The position numbers and the translations under genes were made by a program. From Candidatus Nealsonbacteria bacterium (GTDB lineage: Bacteria; Patescibacteriota; Minisyncoccia; Minisyncoccales; PWPS01), in assembly GCA_003557645.1 (NCBI GenBank), contig PWNV01000014.1:17989-81988 (forward strand): DNA of 64,000 bases. Reading direction: 5' to 3'. Below the pieces are notes generated by a model. It was not told the origin of the DNA, ran no database searches, and saw only the letters and a program-made list of their open reading frames with translations. Shown piece by piece: positions 56,771 to 64,000 of this stretch (positions within the stretch are counted from its first letter, which is position 1; every line of letters starts with the position of its first letter).

Positions 56771-58609
56771 TTACTTGGTTTCTTTTTTGATGAGTTTTTC
56801 GTACTCTTTTCTTTCTATGGTTTCGTTTTCCATCAAGTGCTTTGCTACCGTGTCTAATGATTTCTTTTGCTTCTTTAAAAGAAGATCAGCTTTTTTTTCT
56901 GCTTCTCTAATAAAAGAAGAGACTTCTTTATCTATTTTAGAAGCGGTTTCTTCGGAATAGTTTTTTTCGCTAGGCATATCTCTTCCTAAAAAGATGTGTT
57001 CTTTTTCTCCTCCGTAATGAACAGGACCAAGAGCAGACATACCAAACTCCTTAACCAGTTTTCTTGCATATTTAGAGGCTCTTTCTAAGTCGTTTACTGC
57101 TCCGGTGGATATCTCTTTAAAGGCAAGCTTTTCTGCACAATATCCCCCCATAAGCACTGCCATTTCGGAGATAAACTCGGATTTTCTTTTTGTCCTACTT
57201 TCCTCGGAAGGAATTTTGATTGTATATCCTCCTACTTGTCCCCTTGATACAATTGAAATTTTTCTTACAGGCTCTGCTTCTGGAAGGAAAGAAGAAACAA
57301 CAGCGTGTCCCGCTTCATGATAAGCGGTTATCTCCTTTTCTTTTTTGCTTATTGTGTAATTTTTTCTCTCTGGCCCAAGTAGTACTTTTTCTATTGATTC
57401 TAAGAAATCACTTTGACTAATTTTAGATTTTCTTTTTCTTGCAGCAAAAATAGCAGCCTCGTTTGTCAGATTGGAAATATCAGCACCAGAAAAACCAGGA
57501 GTACGCTCTGCCACCTCTTTGAAATCTACTCCTGAAGAAAGAGGCATTTTCTTGGAGTGTATTTTTAGCATCTTTTCTCTTGTTTTTTTATCTGGTAAGT
57601 CAAGAACAATTTTTCTGTCAAAGCGGCCAGGACGAAGTAGAGCTGAGTCAAGAACGTCTGGACGGTTAGTACTGGCAAGAACCACTATTTGTGTGTCTTG
57701 CTGAAAACCATCCATCTCTGACAAGATTTGATTTAAGGTTTGCTCTCTTTCATCGTGTCCTCCTCCTAGTCCAGCTCCCCTTGCTCTTCCAATAGCATCA
57801 AGCTCATCTATATAAATAATGCAAGGTTGTTTGCTTTTTGCGTTATTAAAGAGATCTCTTACCCTTCCACTTCCCACTCCCACAAAAAGCTCAATAAACT
57901 CTGATCCAGAAATTTCAAAAAAAGGAACACTTGCCTCGCCTGCAGTAGCTCTTGCAAGAAGAGTCTTTCCTGTCCCTGGTGCACCAGTCAGGAGAACCCC
58001 TTTTGGAATACGAGCTCCAAGTTTTAGAAATCTTTTCGGGTCTTTTAAAAATTCTACAATCTCTTTTAATTCTTCTTTTGATTCTTCAAGACCGGCCACA
58101 TCATCAAAGGATATTTTTTCTTTTCCGTCGTCTTTATCTCCAACGAGTCTTGCTTTTGCTTTTGAAAAATCAAGTGCTTGCATCGCTCCTCCTTTAGCTT
58201 GTTTAAAGACGGAACGGAAAATAAAAAAGATAAAAATAATAGGAAGAGATATAATCAGTAAAGTAAGTAAAGGAGACCAGTCCTGTTCTCTCTGGTAATC
58301 TACATCGAGAAGATGTATTTTGGATTCTTCTGCTCCCCAATCTTTCATAGAAGGAACAAACTCCGCTCTTTCTTCTTTTTTAGCAACGGCTTTGCTTTCG
58401 TCTTTGTAGAGTATCTCTATCTCGGTTCCCCTTACAGTGATGTGCTTTATTTTTTCTTCGTTAATTTGTTCTGCTAGAAGGCGCAGACTTATCTCTTCGG
58501 GCTTTTGAAAAGAGTCGGAGGCGATAATCCCAAAAAGAGTAACGATCACAAGGAAGAACAACAAGAAAACGCCGACATTTTTGCTTAGTGTTTTAGTTAT
58601 TTTTTTCAT
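56771..58609 (-). CDS. ftsH: ATP-dependent zinc metalloprotease FtsH
   Basis: Two TM helices, [25 protein letters not shown]. Confidence 0.97.
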   Translation of the reverse strand: MKKITKTLSKNVGVFLLFFLVIVTLFGIIASDSFQKPEEISLRLLAEQINEEKIKHITVRGTEIEILYKDESKAVAKKEERAEFVPSMKDWGAEESKIHLLDVDYQREQDWSPLLTLLIISLPIIFIFFIFRSVFKQAKGGAMQALDFSKAKARLVGDKDDGKEKISFDDVAGLEESKEELKEIVEFLKDPKRFLKLGARIPKGVLLTGAPGTGKTLLARATAGEASVPFFEISGSEFIELFVGVGSGRVRDLFNNAKSKQPCIIYIDELDAIGRARGAGLGGGHDEREQTLNQILSEMDGFQQDTQIVVLASTNRPDVLDSALLRPGRFDRKIVLDLPDKKTREKMLKIHSKKMPLSSGVDFKEVAERTPGFSGADISNLTNEAAIFAARKRKSKISQSDFLESIEKVLLGPERKNYTISKKEKEITAYHEAGHAVVSSFLPEAEPVRKISIVSRGQVGGYTIKIPSEESRTKRKSEFISEMAVLMGGYCAEKLAFKEISTGAVNDLERASKYARKLVKEFGMSALGPVHYGGEKEHIFLGRDMPSEKNYSEETASKIDKEVSSFIREAEKKADLLLKKQKKSLDTVAKHLMENETIERKEYEKLIKKETK

Positions 58610-58685
58610 GTAAATTATTTAAATAAATTTGTACTATAGGATATCATAAAGCGTTATCATTTCAAGAAAGTATAATATTTTTAGT

Positions 58686-58714
58686 TTGACTCAGAGCACT
58701 TTTTTTATTATAAT
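58686..58714 (+). promoter_or_regulatory. sigma70 promoter for the Arg-His-Arg tRNA cluster
   Basis: TTGACT-17 bp-TATAAT. Confidence 0.75.
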
Positions 58715-58733
58715 GCAGTTTATCTTAGAGAAT

Positions 58734-58807
58734 CTCCCTGTAGCTCAACTGGATAGAGCGACAGCCTTCTAAGCTGTAGGTTGCAGGTTCGAGTCCTGCC
58801 GGGGAGA
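58734..58807 (+). tRNA. tRNA-Arg(TCT)
   Basis: Anticodon arm ACAGC-CTTCTAA-GCTGT. Confidence 0.94.
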
Positions 58808-58815
58808 CAAAAAAT

Positions 58816-58888
58816 GGCGGCCGTAGCTTAATGGTAAAGCACTCGGTTGTGGTCCGAGAGCATGCGGGTTCGAGTCCCGTCGGTCGCC
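58816..58888 (+). tRNA. tRNA-His(GTG)
   Basis: Anticodon arm CTCGG-TTGTGGT-CCGAG; encoded G-1 and C73. Confidence 0.93.
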
Positions 58889-58897
58889 CAAGTAGTA

Positions 58898-58971
<74 letters not shown>

Positions 58972-59000
58972 CATGAACCTCTCTTAATTTATAAAACGAA

Positions 59001-59031
59001 AAACTCGGCTAGTATCCGAGCTTTATTTTTT
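59001..59031. terminator. Probable intrinsic terminator
   Basis: AAACTCGG-CTAGTAT-CCGAGCTTTATTTTT between convergent units. Confidence 0.55.
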
Positions 59032-59039
59032 GAATAAAA

Positions 59040-60092
59040 TTATTTTTCGATGAGTCTTAATCCAAGGCGGTGGTCACTGGCGTTAATGGATAAGATTTTA
59101 AACTTATAACTCTTTCCCACCTCCAAAGCTTCTTCCATTTTTTCACGCGTTTGAAATTCAGAAATATGACAAAGTCCTTGGATGCCGGATTCGATTTCCA
59201 CAAAAGCACCAAAAGAGATAAATTTTGTAACAGTTCCTTCAATAATGTCTCCACTTTTATAGTTCTTTTCTACTTCTTTCCAAGGATCTGATTTTAGTGC
59301 TTTAAGAGAAAGGAAAACTTTGCCGTTATCAATTTTAATTATTTTTGCTTTTATCTTTTCTCCTTCTTTTAAGATTTCGCGAGGATTCTCTACCAAGCTC
59401 CAGTTCATTTCAGAAATATGAATAAGTCCCTCGATACCTTCTCCGAAACGAACGAATGCTCCAAAATCAACAATTCCTGTTACTTCTCCTTCAACAACAT
59501 CTCCTTCTTTGTGGTCTTTTAGAGAACCATCTGCTTGTTCTGATTCGTTTGTTCTTTCAGAGAGAATAAGTTTTTCTCCTTCTTTTGAGAGGTCAAGAAT
59601 TTTTACCTCTAGCTCTTTTCCGACAAGGCTTTGTAATTCCTTCAATATTTTTGACGTATCTCCACCCTCAACTCGAGGATAATTTTCTGAAGAAAGTTGA
59701 GAAGAAGGAATAAAAGAAGGAATTCCGGATACTTTAGTAAGTAAGCCTCCTTTATTCGCGCCCTCAATTTTTACAATAAGAGTTTCTTTATTATCCTTTT
59801 TCTCTTGCAAGGTGCCCCAAGCAAGCTCTTTTCGTGCTTGAATGCGAGAACACTCTACATAGCCGTCTTCTGTCTCCAGGGCAATTATCTTTACTGTAAT
59901 AGTGTCTCCGTCTTCAAGATCCTTCAGTTCATCTTTTGATTGCTGGAACTCTCTTCCGTATATTATTCCAGTGCCAAAAAGACCCAAATCAACAAAAGCG
60001 GCAGCACGTCCTTTACCGACAATCGTTGTGTCTACAGTATCTCCCACTCGGGGAATTTCAAGTAAGTTTTTTTCTTTTAGTACTTGTTTCAT
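59040..60092 (-). CDS. rpsA: 30S ribosomal protein S1 (four S1 domains)
   Basis: ANKGGL, DFGAFV...EGLIHISE, FGAFV...GLCHISE. Confidence 0.92.
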   Translation of the reverse strand: MKQVLKEKNLLEIPRVGDTVDTTIVGKGRAAAFVDLGLFGTGIIYGREFQQSKDELKDLEDGDTITVKIIALETEDGYVECSRIQARKELAWGTLQEKKDNKETLIVKIEGANKGGLLTKVSGIPSFIPSSQLSSENYPRVEGGDTSKILKELQSLVGKELEVKILDLSKEGEKLILSERTNESEQADGSLKDHKEGDVVEGEVTGIVDFGAFVRFGEGIEGLIHISEMNWSLVENPREILKEGEKIKAKIIKIDNGKVFLSLKALKSDPWKEVEKNYKSGDIIEGTVTKFISFGAFVEIESGIQGLCHISEFQTREKMEEALEVGKSYKFKILSINASDHRLGLRLIEK

Positions 60093-60155
60093 AACAATTT
60101 CAGAGTTTACACCATTTCTTGAATTTTTTCAAGAGGGGTGATAGAATTAGCACGT

Positions 60156-60839
60156 ATGCATATTGTATGGTATGGACAATCGTGTTTTAAAATTACCTTG
60201 CAGCCTCAAAAAAGGTCTAAACAGTGGGCTTCTTTGGTGATAGATCCTTTCAGCGAAAGCATTGGATTAAAATTACCAAAAATAGAGGCAGATGTTCTTC
60301 TTGTAACCCATGAGCATGAGGATCATGGAAACAGAAGTGCTATTGGGAAAGACCCCTTTATTATTGATGGTCCTGGAGAGTATGAAATTAAAGATATCTT
60401 TATCTATGGAGTTCAGTCTTTTCATGACAAAAAGCTTGGAGAGGAGAGAGGATTAAACACGATATATACTATTACCGTTGAAGATATGAGAATCTGTCAT
60501 ATGGGAGATTTTGGTCAAGAAGAGCTAACAAGCAAACAACTTGAAGATATAGGAGATGTGGATATTCTTATGATTCCTGTTGGAGGAAAATATACTATTG
60601 ATGCAAAAGGAGCGACAAAAATAATAGCGCAGATAGAGCCAAGAGTAGTAATACCGATGCACTATAGTATTCCAGAGTTAAAGATAGAGCTAGACGATCT
60701 CTCTGCGTTTTTAAAAGCAGTTGGAGAAAAAAAAGTAGACGCAGTGGAAAAATTTTCGGTGGCAAAGAAAAATTTCTCAGGAGAAGAAATGAGTATTGTT
60801 TCACTGATTCCGCAAGCTAAAAAAATATCTAAAAAATGA
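60156..60839 (+). CDS. Metallo-beta-lactamase-fold hydrolase
   Basis: WYGQSCF, IDPF, THEHEDH, HMGD, IPMHY; start moved to MHIVW. Confidence 0.9.
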   Translation: MHIVWYGQSCFKITLQPQKRSKQWASLVIDPFSESIGLKLPKIEADVLLVTHEHEDHGNRSAIGKDPFIIDGPGEYEIKDIFIYGVQSFHDKKLGEERGLNTIYTITVEDMRICHMGDFGQEELTSKQLEDIGDVDILMIPVGGKYTIDAKGATKIIAQIEPRVVIPMHYSIPELKIELDDLSAFLKAVGEKKVDAVEKFSVAKKNFSGEEMSIVSLIPQAKKISKK

Positions 60840-63298
60840 CCGAGAAAAAGAAAGAAAGAGAAAATTATGATATTGGATATGTTAAAGTAACGAGCATCTC
60901 GCAAGAGATGCGCGAGTCTTATATAGACTATGCAATGTCAGTAATTGTGGGAAGAGCCCTTCCCGATGTGCGTGACGGCTTAAAGCCGGTACACAGAAGA
61001 ATACTCTACACTATGAAAGAAGATGGTTCGCTGCATAACGCCAGATATAAGAAGTCGGCGAGTGTAGTAGGAACAACTCTGGCAAGATATCATCCGCACG
61101 GAGATATGGCGGTTTATAACTCTATGGTATTAATGGCTCAAGACTTTTCCATGCGTTATCCGCTAGTGCAAGGACAAGGAAACTTTGGATCAATTGATGG
61201 AGACCCTCCCTCTGCTATGAGATACAGTGAAGCGAGGCTTTCTAAAATGGGTGAGGCGATGTTACAAGATATTCAAAAAGATACGGTTAATTATATTTCT
61301 AATTATGATGGAACGAGGAAAGAGCCGACAGTCCTTCCTTCTCCTGTTCCTCAGTTGCTCTTAAACGGGTCTTTAGGAATTGCTGTTGGAATGGCCACTA
61401 ATATTCCTCCTCACAACCTCTCGGAAGTTATCGATGCAACGGTTCATATCATTGATAATCCCAAAGCGGACACAGAGGATCTTTTTAAGTTCATAAAAGG
61501 CCCCGACTTTCCTACCGGAGGGGAGATATATAATAAGGAGGAGATTATTGCTGCTTACTCTAAAGGGAAAGGTTCGATCACAATTCGAGGAAAAGCGGAG
61601 ATAGTTGAAGAGAAAGGAAAAGCACAGATTATTATCACGGAAATACCTTATCGTGTTCGAAAAGCAAGAATGGTGGAGGAGTTTGCAAAGATGGTGCAAA
61701 ATAAAAGATTGGAAGGAGTTAAAGATATAAGAGATGAGTCTGATAGAGAGGGAATGCGTATAGCCTTAGACTTAAAAAGCGGTGCTTACCCAAGAAAGAT
61801 TTTAAATCGTCTTTATAACTTCTCTTCTCTACAAGAGGTGTTCCACTTAAATATGATATCTCTTGTTGATGGAATACAGCCTCGTGTAATGGGGCTTGTT
61901 GAGATGCTTCAGTATTATATTAGTCATCGAATAGAAGTAATAACAAGAAGGACAAAGTTTGACCTTGATAGAGCTAAAGAAAGAGCTCATATCCTCGAAG
62001 GACTTGATAAAGCGCTTTCCAATATCGACGAAGTTATAAAAATCATCAAAAAATCAGAGAGCAAGGAAGATGCCAAAAAGAATCTTATTAAAAAGTTTAA
62101 GTTTACAGAGATTCAAGCAACCGCTATTTTAGAGATGCGACTTCACAAGCTCGCCAAACTAGAAAGAGGAGAGATAGAACAAGAGCTCAAAGAAAAGAAA
62201 GCACTAATAAAAGAGCTTACATCCATTCTAAATAGCAAAAAAAAGATAAAGGAAGTTGTAAAGAGAGAACTCCTGGAAATGAAAGAGACCTTTGGAGATA
62301 AAAGAAGAACAAAAGTATACGATGAGGGACTAAAGAAAGCGGATGATTTAGATTTAATTCCTCAAGAAGAAACAATAATTACTATTACTCAAGGTGGGTA
62401 TATAAAAAGAGTAAATCCTTCTACTTACAAGTCACAAAAAAGAGGAGGAAAGGGAATGCTTGGAATGAAGACAGGAAACGATGATGTTGTAGAGCACTTC
62501 ATTGAAGCAATGACTCATGATTTTCTGCTATTTTTTACTGATAACGGAAAAGTTTTTCGAGTTCCAGTATATCAGGTTCCTGAAGGAGCAAGAGCAGCTC
62601 GCGGAAGAGGACTTTTAAACTTTTTAGAGATATCTTCTGAAGAAAAAGTACTTGCCGTTATTCCTCTTGGAAAAGAAGAAGTGACGGAAAAAAAGAACTT
62701 GGTAATAGTAACTAAGAAGGGAATAATCAAAAAGACATCACTTAAAGAGTTTGCTAACATACGCCGTTCTGGACTTATCGCCATTACTCTAAAAGATAAG
62801 GATGAGGTTCATAGAGTCAGAAAAACTGATGGCAATAGCGAGATTGTAATTGGTACAAAGAAAGGGAAGCTTATCAGGTTTGGAGAAGAAGATGTGCGCA
62901 ACATGGGAAGACAGGCTAGCGGAGTGAAAGGGATAAATTTGAAAAAAGAAGACAGCATAGCAGATATGGAGGTAATTAGGAAAGAAGAAGTGAAAACAGC
63001 TCAGATCTTATTTATGACGGAAAACGGATACGGAAAGAGAATAAAGATAAAGAACTATCGTCCGCAACATAGAGGAGGAATGGGAGTTAAGACAATAAAG
63101 AACATTGAAAAGGTAGGTAATATTATTTCTTTACGAACTATTTTTTCCGATAGCGGTGATCTTATGGCTATTTCGCAGAAAGGAAAAATAATAAGAACAG
63201 AGATTAAAAATATACCCGAGCAGTCTCGCATAACGCAAGGAGTTAGATTAATGAAGATGGATAAAGGAGATAAATTAGCTTCCATTATCTGCTTATGA
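60836..63298 (+). CDS. gyrA: DNA gyrase subunit A
   Basis: [24 protein letters not shown], GyrA-box QKRGGKG. Confidence 0.97.
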   Translation: MTEKKKERENYDIGYVKVTSISQEMRESYIDYAMSVIVGRALPDVRDGLKPVHRRILYTMKEDGSLHNARYKKSASVVGTTLARYHPHGDMAVYNSMVLMAQDFSMRYPLVQGQGNFGSIDGDPPSAMRYSEARLSKMGEAMLQDIQKDTVNYISNYDGTRKEPTVLPSPVPQLLLNGSLGIAVGMATNIPPHNLSEVIDATVHIIDNPKADTEDLFKFIKGPDFPTGGEIYNKEEIIAAYSKGKGSITIRGKAEIVEEKGKAQIIITEIPYRVRKARMVEEFAKMVQNKRLEGVKDIRDESDREGMRIALDLKSGAYPRKILNRLYNFSSLQEVFHLNMISLVDGIQPRVMGLVEMLQYYISHRIEVITRRTKFDLDRAKERAHILEGLDKALSNIDEVIKIIKKSESKEDAKKNLIKKFKFTEIQATAILEMRLHKLAKLERGEIEQELKEKKALIKELTSILNSKKKIKEVVKRELLEMKETFGDKRRTKVYDEGLKKADDLDLIPQEETIITITQGGYIKRVNPSTYKSQKRGGKGMLGMKTGNDDVVEHFIEAMTHDFLLFFTDNGKVFRVPVYQVPEGARAARGRGLLNFLEISSEEKVLAVIPLGKEEVTEKKNLVIVTKKGIIKKTSLKEFANIRRSGLIAITLKDKDEVHRVRKTDGNSEIVIGTKKGKLIRFGEEDVRNMGRQASGVKGINLKKEDSIADMEVIRKEEVKTAQILFMTENGYGKRIKIKNYRPQHRGGMGVKTIKNIEKVGNIISLRTIFSDSGDLMAISQKGKIIRTEIKNIPEQSRITQGVRLMKMDKGDKLASIICL

Positions 63299-63798
63299 AC
63301 CCAGAAGAAGTTATAGGAGAACTTAATATAAAGGAAGACACAAATGTTGCTGATTTTGGTTGTGGTTCTGGGGGATTTACTTTTCCTGCCGCTAAGAAGG
63401 CGAAGAGGGGGAAAATTTATGCAATTGATTTTTCCAAAGAGGCGCTTTCTGCACTAAAGGGGAAAATGGAAAGAGAAAAGGCACAAAATATACGAACAAT
63501 TCTTGCTGATATAGAAGAAGGGCTAGAGCTAAAGGAAGGAATTGTTGACCTGGTAATCATGTCTAATATTTTCTTCCAATCTGATAATAGAGAGATAATA
63601 TTAAAAGAGGCTTACCGCGTTTTATGCAAAGGAGGAGAAGCACTTGTCGTTGACTGGAAGAGAGGAGATATTGTTGGTGTTAAGGAGAAAGTTTTACCAG
63701 AGGAAGTAAAAAGCATCGCTTCAAAAATAGGATTTGAGACGGAAAAAGAATTTGATATTAAGCCATATCACTATGCTGTTATATTAAAAAAGGCATGA
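63295..63798 (+). CDS. Class I SAM-dependent methyltransferase
   Basis: [20 protein letters not shown]. Confidence 0.9.
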   Translation: MNPEEVIGELNIKEDTNVADFGCGSGGFTFPAAKKAKRGKIYAIDFSKEALSALKGKMEREKAQNIRTILADIEEGLELKEGIVDLVIMSNIFFQSDNREIILKEAYRVLCKGGEALVVDWKRGDIVGVKEKVLPEEVKSIASKIGFETEKEFDIKPYHYAVILKKA

Positions 63799-64000
63799 TT
63801 AAAAAAACATTTATCTTATTAATACTTTCCTGTCTTCTCTTACCTTTGATGGTTTTTGGAGGTTCGGGAGAGGGAATAACACTAAAAAACATCTTAAAAT
63901 TTGATACCTTCGAAGAGCTGGTTGATTCGATTATTGCCCTTCTTTTCTATGTTGGCATAATTTTAGCTCCTGTATTCATTCTTCTTGGAGCATTTTACTT
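63795..64000 (+). CDS. CPR-type VirB2-like pilin, truncated by the window edge
   Basis: Manual translation [22 protein letters not shown]...LKNILKFDTFEELVDSIIALLFYVGIILAPVFILLGAFY. Confidence 0.6.
   Translation, partial: MIKKTFILLILSCLLLPLMVFGGSGEGITLKNILKFDTFEELVDSIIALLFYVGIILAPVFILLGAFY

Overview
This is a 64-kb chromosomal segment of an AT-rich, streamlined bacterium. Gene content points to Patescibacteria/CPR, probably Parcubacteria; this is inferred from the short IF2, the stand-alone 5'-3' exonuclease, the CPR-type VirB2-like pilins, the PrgI/VirB4 locus and the absence of biosynthetic genes. The window spans the likely replication origin (jag-yidC-rnpA-rpmH | dnaA-dnaN, with DnaA boxes on both sides of dnaA). 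It carries core information-processing genes and 19 tRNAs. I saw no rRNA, CRISPR array, transposase or prophage. The main candidate system is an origin-proximal T4SS-like locus (28-40 kb). It includes a 1046-aa Cys-rich FN3-like protein with a C-terminal VirB2-like pilin module and an intact M23 peptidase apparently inserted inside one FN3 repeat. Other notable items: two giant coiled-coil proteins built from a W-x13-W repeat; a 6S-like RNA upstream of rny; a tRNA-Ile(UAU) and a tRNA-Arg(UCG); all 16 CCA-less tRNA genes still encode C74; a Ser-initiated proteasome-beta/Ntn-like orphan; and a nusA leader hairpin. All calls come from reading motifs by eye; no searches were run.
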